A stretch of DNA of 64,000 bases, from assembly GCA_046583355.1 (NCBI GenBank), contig JAYGCM010000087.1, positions 1-64,000 of the forward strand, given 5' to 3'. Made by a program: the position numbers and the translations under genes. This DNA is from Deltaproteobacteria bacterium. Its GTDB lineage: Bacteria > Desulfobacterota > Binatia > UBA12015. The notes under the pieces were generated by a model. The model did not search any database and had not been told where the DNA came from. It was given only the letters and a program-made list of their open reading frames with translations. Below, piece by piece: positions 38,364-49,817 of this stretch (the first letter of the stretch is position 1; each line of letters starts with the position of its first letter).

Positions 38364-40808
38364 ATGCGGGATCGGGTTTCGTTTTTTCTTGTCGTATTGG
38401 GCCTGGGTTTGTTGCTTGTATCACCGGCCTTGGCTGCCGGACCGGCGCTGCTCGATGCGGTCGAGGATCGCACCGACGTCGGCGGATTTGCGGACGAACT
38501 CGATGCCAGCCCGGCGCAGGAAGAGTTGGTGGCCGAAGGCAAAAAGGTGCCGGGCATCACCAAGCGGCGTGAGGCCCGCCTCGAAGAGATCGTAGTGACG
38601 GCGCGCAAGCGATCCGAGGCATTGGAGGACACGCCCGTCTCGGTCAGTGCCTTGAGTGAGAATACCCTGCTCGAAACCGGCGTCCTGAGTCTACAGGACA
38701 TTCAGAAGCTGGTGCCGAATCTCCAGATTACCACCGGCCGCAGCGGCCAGAGTGCCGGAATCTCGATTCGCGGCATTGGCACGGCGACCGGAGATCTGGC
38801 CTTCGGCCAGGGAGTCGGCCTTTATATCGATGGCGTCTACCTGCCACGCGCGCTCGGCTCGATTGTCGATATTGTCGATGTCTCCCAGATTGAGGTGCTG
38901 CGCGGTCCCCAGGGTACGCTTTTCGGCAAGAATACCGTCGGCGGCGCGATCAATATCACGACGCAAAAACCCGGCGAGTACGTCAGCGGCTCTGCCCTCG
39001 TGCGCTTCGGCAACTTCGGCCTCGTCCATACCAAGGCGATGCTCAACCTTCCGGTGGATATCGGTTGGTTCGAGGACAAGCTCTTTTCGCGCGTCTCCTT
39101 CGTCTCGTCCAACGATGATGGCTATGTCAAAAACGCGGGAGCGGGCAAGGCTTCGTCGAACCGCAACTCGATCAACTTCCTCGGCTCGCTGCGCTTTCTT
39201 CCCACCGCCGGCGTGACCGTCGATCTCACGGGCACTTGGTCGCGCAGCCATACCCGTGGCCGTGGCGGCCAATGCATTTATGTCCGCGACGGAAACTTCG
39301 CCGGGTTGGAGCCTGCTGATTTCAAGGGCGACGACGGCAATTGCAGCAGTACCACGCCGCTGCGCAATCAGCCCTTTCCGAACGGCCTCGCCGATGTCGA
39401 GAGTTACGGTATGTGGGGTACGGCGACGTGGGATGTGAGCGAAATGATGGACGTGCCCGGCCTCGACGATTTCACCATCAAGCTGATTCCGGCCTGGCGT
39501 GAACAAATCCCGCGCATCATCGACGATATCGACAATACTGAAGATATCGTATTGCAGATCGCCAGCGCCGGCGGCGCACCGGAGCTCGGGGAGCCTGGCT
39601 TCCAGCGCCAATTTTCGGGGGACCTCCAATTCATCGGCAGCGTAGGCGAAGGGCGCGGCAGCTTCGTCGTGGGTGCGTTCGGCATGCGCGAAGACGCGGA
39701 GACCCATTCGGCGATCTGGGTGCTGCCCGATACCTTCAACTTTTCCAATACGGATTATATTTCGATCACCAATGTGGATGCCGCGTTCTACGGCCAGGGC
39801 AGCTACGACCTGACGGAGTGGGCGAATGTGACGGCCGGATTGCGCTGGACCCAAGAGCGCAAGAAAATCGCCAAACTCCAGTTCTCGACCTTCAACCCGG
39901 AAGCCATCGGGATCGATGCACGCAATCAGGCCACCTTCACGGCTTGGACGCCGATGGTAAGCTTGGCCTTGACTATGCCCGAGGAGTATTGGGACGGGAC
40001 CCCGGTCGAGCATCTGATGGGCTATTTCACCTACTCGCAGGGCTTCAAGGCCGGCGGCTTCAACGCGACGGTGGGCAGTCAGGGGACGGACCTCGAACAA
40101 TTTGCGCCCGAGTATCTCGACTCCTGGGAGTTGGGCGTCAAGGCGGTCGCGTTTGATCGACGTTTGACGATGAATACCTCGTTTTTCTTCGGCGACTACC
40201 GCGACCTGCAGGTCGCGACGATCTCGGCGCGACCCGACGAAGACGGCGATGGTCTGCCCGAGTTCACTCGCTCGGTGCGCAATGCCGGCACGGCAACCAC
40301 GCGCGGCCTCGAATTCGAGGTGGTGGCGGCACCGATTGACGGGCTACGGATCATGGGCTCGGTGGGCCTGGTCCGGGGCGTCTATACTGAATTCATCGGC
40401 GAGGATGGCTACACCGGCGATGCGGTCGACCGATCCGGCCAGACCTTCAATAATATCCCCGAGTTGCAGACCAATATTTCGCTACAATATTCGCTTCCGG
40501 TGCCCGCCTTCGGACCCGCTTGGACGGAGGGCTGGTTTACGTCCTATATGGATTGGAGTTACCGCAGCTCGGTTCATTACGGCCCGCCTGAGGTGGAACC
40601 GGGGATACAGCCGGGCTTCAGCCTGGTCGATATCCGCTTCAGCTACGACTTCCTCGGCGAGCAGGCGCAGGTCGCCTTATGGACCAAGAACGTGCTCGAT
40701 GTCGAGAACCACACCGGTGGCGGGGCCCTCGTCCAGCTCTTCGGTTTCGTGAGTCGCTATTATAATCCGCCGCGCACCTTCGGTGCGGAGGTCTCCTACC
40801 GTTTTTAG
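38364..40808 (+). CDS. TonB-dependent receptor
   Basis: Signal peptide, LEEIVVTARKR, IEVLRGPQGTLFGKN, C-terminal PRTFGAEVSYRF. Confidence 0.93.
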   Translation: MRDRVSFFLVVLGLGLLLVSPALAAGPALLDAVEDRTDVGGFADELDASPAQEELVAEGKKVPGITKRREARLEEIVVTARKRSEALEDTPVSVSALSENTLLETGVLSLQDIQKLVPNLQITTGRSGQSAGISIRGIGTATGDLAFGQGVGLYIDGVYLPRALGSIVDIVDVSQIEVLRGPQGTLFGKNTVGGAINITTQKPGEYVSGSALVRFGNFGLVHTKAMLNLPVDIGWFEDKLFSRVSFVSSNDDGYVKNAGAGKASSNRNSINFLGSLRFLPTAGVTVDLTGTWSRSHTRGRGGQCIYVRDGNFAGLEPADFKGDDGNCSSTTPLRNQPFPNGLADVESYGMWGTATWDVSEMMDVPGLDDFTIKLIPAWREQIPRIIDDIDNTEDIVLQIASAGGAPELGEPGFQRQFSGDLQFIGSVGEGRGSFVVGAFGMREDAETHSAIWVLPDTFNFSNTDYISITNVDAAFYGQGSYDLTEWANVTAGLRWTQERKKIAKLQFSTFNPEAIGIDARNQATFTAWTPMVSLALTMPEEYWDGTPVEHLMGYFTYSQGFKAGGFNATVGSQGTDLEQFAPEYLDSWELGVKAVAFDRRLTMNTSFFFGDYRDLQVATISARPDEDGDGLPEFTRSVRNAGTATTRGLEFEVVAAPIDGLRIMGSVGLVRGVYTEFIGEDGYTGDAVDRSGQTFNNIPELQTNISLQYSLPVPAFGPAWTEGWFTSYMDWSYRSSVHYGPPEVEPGIQPGFSLVDIRFSYDFLGEQAQVALWTKNVLDVENHTGGGALVQLFGFVSRYYNPPRTFGAEVSYRF

Positions 40809-42181
40809 ACGCGGATCGTTGCCCAGCTGCCCTGGCGGAAGCGCCAGATCTTGAGCAGCGAGCGGATGATATAATCGGCGATCAGAGTGGCCCAGAGCCA
40901 GGCCAGCCCGAGGTCGAAGACGAAGACGACCAGGGCCGAGAGCCCGAGGCGGCCTGCGTAGAAGGCGATCAGGACGGTGAGCAGGGGGAAGCGCGTATCG
41001 CCGGCGCCGCGCAGGGCGCCGCCGAGCGTGAAGTCGATCGCCATGAAGGGCTGCGAGATGCCGAGCATGTAGATGAACCAGACCGTATTGGAGATCACGA
41101 CGGGATCGTCGACGAAAAGCGAGGCGACTTCTTTGGCGAAAAAGGCGATCGCCACACCGCTGGCGCTCATCATCGCCACCGACATCCCGGTGGCGATCCA
41201 GCCCGCGCTCGCCGCCTCTTCAGGACGGCGAGCACCGAGGTTCTGACCGACCAGCGCGCTTGCGGCCGCACCGAAACCGAAGCCTGGCAGAAACGAGAGG
41301 GCGAGGATGCGCACGCCGATGAAATACGCCGCGACGGCTTCGGTGCCGTAGCGCACGGCGAAGACCAGATAGACAAGAAAGCCGACCTGCATCATCGCCT
41401 GCTCGACAGCGGCGGGGTAGCCGATCCAGAGTACGCGCCGGATGGTCGTGAATTGCAGGCGCAGGTCACGCAGATGCAATGAAATTCGCAGACGTTGTAG
41501 AATGCCGAGCGTGATCGCGATGGTTGCGCCGCAGCCGAAGGCAATGGTGGTGGCGATCGCGGAGCCGGCGACACCGAGCGCGGGCGCGCCCAGGTTGCCG
41601 AAGATCAGGACCCAGTTGAGAAACACATTGACAAGATTGACGATGACGCCGATCCATAGCGGCGTGCGGGTGTCGCCGGCGGCGCGTTGCGCGGCGCCGA
41701 CGACGAAAAGGGTCGCGGCCAACGGAATCGAGAGCATGACGACGCGGGTATAATCGGCCCCCATTGTGGCAACCGAGGGCTCCACGCCGAAGAGATTCAC
41801 GATGCCGGTGGCAAAGAAGATGATCGGCGTGATGACGGCGATGGAGCCCAGAAAGGCGACAACGATGGATTGGCCGTGCACATGCTCGGCCTCGTCATGC
41901 TCGCCCGCACCGACATGGCGCGCGACCAAGGCCATGGTGCCGGTGCCGACGGCGGTCATCGTGACCATCGCGGCGCCCAGGATCTGCCCGCCGGTGCCGA
42001 CCGCCGCCACTGCGGTGGCGCCGAGCTTGGCGACCATCAGCATATCGACCAGGCCCACAAGGGACTCCGAGAGCATCGCCAGGGTTACCGGCCAGGCAAG
42101 GGCCCAGACACTGCGCGGACTGGTTGCGGAGAGAAGCGTGGCCGGTTTTTTCCGCCGGGTATCGGAGGCATGCGTGCTCAT
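40805..42181 (-). CDS. MATE family efflux transporter
   Basis: LAWPV...VDMLMV, AAGDTRTP, LIFGNLGAPALGVAG, LRGAGDTRFP. Confidence 0.92.
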   Translation of the reverse strand: MSTHASDTRRKKPATLLSATSPRSVWALAWPVTLAMLSESLVGLVDMLMVAKLGATAVAAVGTGGQILGAAMVTMTAVGTGTMALVARHVGAGEHDEAEHVHGQSIVVAFLGSIAVITPIIFFATGIVNLFGVEPSVATMGADYTRVVMLSIPLAATLFVVGAAQRAAGDTRTPLWIGVIVNLVNVFLNWVLIFGNLGAPALGVAGSAIATTIAFGCGATIAITLGILQRLRISLHLRDLRLQFTTIRRVLWIGYPAAVEQAMMQVGFLVYLVFAVRYGTEAVAAYFIGVRILALSFLPGFGFGAAASALVGQNLGARRPEEAASAGWIATGMSVAMMSASGVAIAFFAKEVASLFVDDPVVISNTVWFIYMLGISQPFMAIDFTLGGALRGAGDTRFPLLTVLIAFYAGRLGLSALVVFVFDLGLAWLWATLIADYIIRSLLKIWRFRQGSWATIRV

Positions 42182-42203
42182 GGGGCCAGGAGTCGGGCGC
42201 GGC

Positions 42204-45884
<3,681 letters not shown>

Positions 45885-45961
45885 GCTGGGCATTCTAACG
45901 GATTGGGCGGTCAGGGCCATTCCCCGCTCTTGCCACGCTTGTGTCGGTTTCGCCGGGGCCT

Positions 45962-47260
45962 CTACAGGGCTGAGCCTGGGTGGCGCTGGAACCAGCGGTA
46001 GAAGGGCAGGCCGCTCGCCAATACGGCCAGGGCGATGGCGCATTCAAAGGGGCGTGCCCAAAGCAGGGCGGCGGCGATCATGAGGTTGGCCACGATATAG
46101 AGGGCGGGTACCAGCGGGTAGCCCCAGGCCCGGTAGGGCCTGGGGCGCTCGGGCTGGCGGCGGCGCAGCGCGTAGAGCGCGGCTACATCGGCGATTGTCG
46201 CCAGAATGATCGCAAAGGTCGTATAGTCCAGAATATTCGGGAAGCTGCGCAGCACGAGGATCAGCAGACAAGCCCCGACGGCCTGAATCCAGATGGCGAT
46301 ATGCGGGCTGCCGTGTTGGGCATGGATGCGCTCGGCGCCGCGGAAGAAGAGGCCGTCGATGGCCATGGCGTAGGCGATGCGCGGGCCGACCAATACGGTC
46401 GCGTTCAGGCAGCCGAGAATCGAGAGCAGAATCAGGCCGCTGGTGAGGGAGCCGCCCCAGGGGCCGAAGAGCGAGAGCGCGGCAGCGCTGCCGGCGCTGG
46501 ATTGCGTGGCCAGGATATCGATCGGCATGGCGTGGAGATAGACGGCATTGGTCACGAGGTAGAGCGCTGTACAGATCGCCAGGCCGACAAAAAGCGAGCG
46601 CGGTAAAGTGCGCGCCGGGTCTTGAATTTCACTGGCGACAAAGACCGGCGCGTTCCAGCCGAGGAAGCTGAAGAGGATGGGCGAGAGCGCGAGCGTGAAG
46701 CCGAGGAGCAGGGGGGTGGCGGAGACGAGAGGGATAGCCGCGCTCGGCGGCGCCGGCGCCGGTGTCATGGCGAAGCCGCCGATGACGAAAATCGCCAGGG
46801 TGAGGATTTTGGCCCAGGCCGTCCAGGTATTGAAGTTCGCGCCGAGGCGCAGCCCGCGGTGGTTGACCCAGGAGGTCGCGAGGGTGACCAGCACCGCCAC
46901 AGCGATGCGTTCGCCGGCGCCCAGCGGCACGAAGACCGCGAGTCCTTCGGCAAAGCCGGTGGCGAGAGTCGCAATCGTCCCGGTGTAGATGGCGAAAAAG
47001 GAGAGCCAGCCAACGAGAAAGCCGGCGGTCGGGTGGAAGGCGTAGCGAAGGTAGACGTAATCACCGCCGGCGCGCGGGTAGAGCGTGCCGAGTTCAGCAT
47101 TCGCCAGTGCACCGGCCAGCGAGAGGGCGCCGCCGACGACCCAGGCGAGAAGAAAGAGGGAAGGGTCCGGGAGGCGGGCGGCGACGGCGCCGGGAGTAAA
47201 GAAAATCCCGACGCCGATCACCGAGGATACGACGAGCATCGTCGTATCGGTTCCGCCCAA
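45962..47260 (-). CDS. APC family amino acid permease
   Basis: [33 protein letters not shown]...[15 protein letters not shown]. Start uncertain. Confidence 0.9.
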   Translation of the reverse strand: MGGTDTTMLVVSSVIGVGIFFTPGAVAARLPDPSLFLLAWVVGGALSLAGALANAELGTLYPRAGGDYVYLRYAFHPTAGFLVGWLSFFAIYTGTIATLATGFAEGLAVFVPLGAGERIAVAVLVTLATSWVNHRGLRLGANFNTWTAWAKILTLAIFVIGGFAMTPAPAPPSAAIPLVSATPLLLGFTLALSPILFSFLGWNAPVFVASEIQDPARTLPRSLFVGLAICTALYLVTNAVYLHAMPIDILATQSSAGSAAALSLFGPWGGSLTSGLILLSILGCLNATVLVGPRIAYAMAIDGLFFRGAERIHAQHGSPHIAIWIQAVGACLLILVLRSFPNILDYTTFAIILATIADVAALYALRRRQPERPRPYRAWGYPLVPALYIVANLMIAAALLWARPFECAIALAVLASGLPFYRWFQRHPGSAL

Positions 47261-47310
47261 TTCCCGTTTCAGGCGATCACGCGGATGGCCTGAATCTGGG
47301 TTGCTCGCGC

Positions 47311-47895
47311 TTAGAGGCTGCGCTTGTTGCGACGTAGGTTCCGTCGGCTGCCCTTGGGTTTGCTTGGCGGAGTACTGCCGCCACCGAAGCCGCCGCCACC
47401 GCCGCCGAAGCCGCCGCCGCCACCGCCGAAGCTGTCGCCGCCGCCGCCGAAGCCGCCGCCACCGCCGCCATAGCCACCGCCGCCGCCAGCGTAACCGCCA
47501 CCGCCGCCGCCGCCGCGGTAACCACCGCCGCCACCACCACGGTCACCGCCGCCAGCGTAACCGCCGCCACCACCACGGCCAGGGCCGCCGCCGTAGCCAC
47601 CACCGCCGCCACCGCCCGGAGGTCCGCCCGGACCGCCGGGTCCGCGCCGGCGCTCGTCGGCTTCGTTGACCCGCAGGTTACGGCCGCCAAGCTCGTAGCC
47701 GTCGAATTTCTCGACGGCTTCTCCGGCAGAGGAGCTGTCAGCGTATTCGACGAAAGCGAACCCGCGCGGGCGTCCCGTCTCGCGGTCTTTCGGAAGGAAG
47801 CAGTCTACAACCTGCCCTAATTCCGAGAAAATTTCTTCTAATTCCTCTTTCGTGGTATCGAAATTGAGGTTCCCCACAAACAATTTGGCGCCGAT
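47311..47895 (-). CDS. RRM RNA-binding protein with Gly-rich C-terminal tail; probable ATC start
   Basis: KLFVGNL (RNP2), RGFAFVEY (RNP1), LRVNEA; AGGGAG SD spaced for ATC at 47895. Confidence 0.9.
   Translation of the reverse strand: MGAKLFVGNLNFDTTKEELEEIFSELGQVVDCFLPKDRETGRPRGFAFVEYADSSSAGEAVEKFDGYELGGRNLRVNEADERRRGPGGPGGPPGGGGGGGYGGGPGRGGGGGYAGGGDRGGGGGGYRGGGGGGGYAGGGGGYGGGGGGFGGGGDSFGGGGGGFGGGGGGFGGGSTPPSKPKGSRRNLRRNKRSL
47380..47650 (-). repeat. Low-complexity GGC/GGT repeat encoding G4-7[Y/F] units
   Basis: Encodes GGGGGYGGGPGRGGGGGYAGGGDRGGGGGGYRGG...GGGGGFGG. Confidence 0.85.
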
Positions 47896-48033
47896 GATCT
47901 TCTCCCTGGACGTGCCCTCGCAGCAATGTGGAGGCCGTCACTCTTCTCTTTATGTTGGTTTGCCCGGAATCGGGCTGCGGCGAATGCCTGTCGGTTCGAG
48001 CCCCCCTTTATCAGCAGGCGCAAAGCGACGTCT

Positions 48034-48087
48034 TGATTTTCCTGTAGCGGACCCGTGGGGCTGCTGCACACCCTGATTTTCCGGTAG
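48034..48087. promoter_or_regulatory. Pair of 14-bp direct repeats, 40 bp apart, in a divergent intergenic region
   Basis: TGATTTTCCTGTAG (48034-48047) and TGATTTTCCGGTAG (48074-48087). Confidence 0.5.
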
Positions 48088-48233
48088 TTTGACCGCCAGT
48101 CGCCGTGTTTCAACCGATAGATGGCTTGCGCGCGAACACTATAGCTTTCATACTGAACCAGGGCGACGTCGCCGGGGGGCGTTTCAAGTGCCGGCGGACG
48201 ATGTCCGATTCAGGCAATCGGAGGGTGGGAAAC

Positions 48234-48923
48234 ATGAAAATGAGTTGGATTTCTGGAGTAAGAGCAACCGGATGGGCCGTAGGCTTGGCGGCGGCGGTAA
48301 TGCTTTTTGCGGTTGCTGTTCCCGAGGCACGGGCCGGCGGCGAATGTCGCGATACGTGCTCGAATTCGCGTCATATCTGCAAGGCCGCCGCCAAGGGTGC
48401 CGTGCGGGGTTGTCGTGATCAATGTCGCGCGGCGGATTCCCGTCGCGAGTGCCGCGTCGCCTGCCGCGGTGAGTTCCGTGCGGCGCGTGACACCTGCAAG
48501 GATGCGATCGACGATTGCCGTCATACCTGTGAGCGTCCGTCACCGGAGCCGGGCGAAGGTGGCCAGGGGGGCGAAGGCGGTCAGCCGTCTGAGGAATGCG
48601 TTCCCGAATGCCGGGGCGAGTTGCGCACGTGTTCGGGTAGCGTCCTGCATGCTGGTCGCGAGTGTTCGGCGGCCTGCATCGATCTGCGCCGCGAGGGCAT
48701 GGCGGCCTGCCGTCAATCGGGTGATCGCTTCCGTTGCTTCCTCGATATGGTCTTTGAGGTTGGCAACTGCATGCGTGGCTGTGCGCACGATATGCACGGG
48801 GCCGGCCAGGCCTGTCTCGGTGGCTTCCGCGATTGCCGCGAAAGTTGCGATACCGGCGGTGGCGGTCCCTACGGTTCGGCCAGCCAAGCCTTCCTCACGC
48901 CGCTGGCGACGCTACTCGATTAG
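48234..48923 (+). CDS. Secreted Cys-rich protein (22 Cys, eight CX3C motifs)
   Basis: GGAGG/GGGA SD; signal peptide ending ARA; two Cys domains joined by a P/G/E linker; followed by a terminator. Confidence 0.8.
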   Translation: MKMSWISGVRATGWAVGLAAAVMLFAVAVPEARAGGECRDTCSNSRHICKAAAKGAVRGCRDQCRAADSRRECRVACRGEFRAARDTCKDAIDDCRHTCERPSPEPGEGGQGGEGGQPSEECVPECRGELRTCSGSVLHAGRECSAACIDLRREGMAACRQSGDRFRCFLDMVFEVGNCMRGCAHDMHGAGQACLGGFRDCRESCDTGGGGPYGSASQAFLTPLATLLD

Positions 48924-48946
48924 CGATCCGACCAGGGCAATGAGCC

Positions 48947-48982
48947 AGGGCGGGCATCCATTCGGATGCCCGCCCTTTTTTT
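48947..48982 (+). terminator. Rho-independent terminator
   Basis: AGGGCGGGCATCC-ATTC-GGATGCCCGCCCT followed by a T run. Confidence 0.9.
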
Positions 48983-49010
48983 GTCCGCCGACCTCGGTAA
49001 AAGAGAAGGC

Positions 49011-49790
49011 ATGATCGACTACATCACGGTTGACGAGGCGCGCGGGCGCGAAGATATTCGGCTGGTCCTGACCGCCGGCGTGCCGGGCCCCTGGGGCGAG
49101 GCCGCCAAGGCGATCCTGCAAATGAAAGGCATCGAGTTCACGCCGGTGCAGCAAAGCGGTGGCGACCGCAACGAAGCATTGGCCGAATGGACCGGGCAGA
49201 CCAGTGCGCCGGTGCTGGTATTGCCGGGCGAGGCGCCGCATCTGACCTTGCGTGCGATCCTGTTGGCCGCCGAACGCATCGTGCCCGAGCCGGCTTTGGT
49301 GCCGCCGGGCAGTGAAGACCGAGCGACTTTCCTCGGGCTCTGCGGCGAGATCCACGCCGAGATGGGTCTGGGTTGGTGCCGGCGCCTGCTGATGTTCGAT
49401 CCGATCCTTGCCGCAGTTCCCGCCGGCGATCCGGCCATCGAAAAGCTGGAACGGATGGCGCAGAAATACGGCTATTACCCGGGTTGCTCGGAGTTGGCTC
49501 GCGAGCGCGTGATCGAAATCCTCCACGCGTTCTCCGCCCGGCTGCAGCGCCAGCAGGCGGCTGGTCATGAGTTTCTCTACGGCGATTCCCTGAGCGCTTT
49601 GGACTTGATTTTTGCCGTCTTCTCGAACCTGATTGTGCCAATCGATGCCAACGATTGCCCGATGCCGGATTTCCTGCGCGCCGCCTATACCGTCGACGAC
49701 GCCGAGATCCTGGCTGCGATCGCACCCGCCCTGATCGAGTACCGCGACCGCATTCTACGCGATCATATCCACCTGCCGATGCGCTTCTGA
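49011..49790 (+). CDS. Glutathione S-transferase-like protein
   Basis: VPGPWGEAAKAIL, TGQTSAPVL, FLYGDSLSALDL. Confidence 0.75.
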   Translation: MIDYITVDEARGREDIRLVLTAGVPGPWGEAAKAILQMKGIEFTPVQQSGGDRNEALAEWTGQTSAPVLVLPGEAPHLTLRAILLAAERIVPEPALVPPGSEDRATFLGLCGEIHAEMGLGWCRRLLMFDPILAAVPAGDPAIEKLERMAQKYGYYPGCSELARERVIEILHAFSARLQRQQAAGHEFLYGDSLSALDLIFAVFSNLIVPIDANDCPMPDFLRAAYTVDDAEILAAIAPALIEYRDRILRDHIHLPMRF

Positions 49791-49817
49791 GATGCGCCGC
49801 GCCTCTAGAGGCACGGT

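Noticed and set aside
47985..48010. tRNA-like GGTTCGAGCCC
   Set aside because: The T-stem does not pair fully, and no acceptor, D or anticodon arms can be built.
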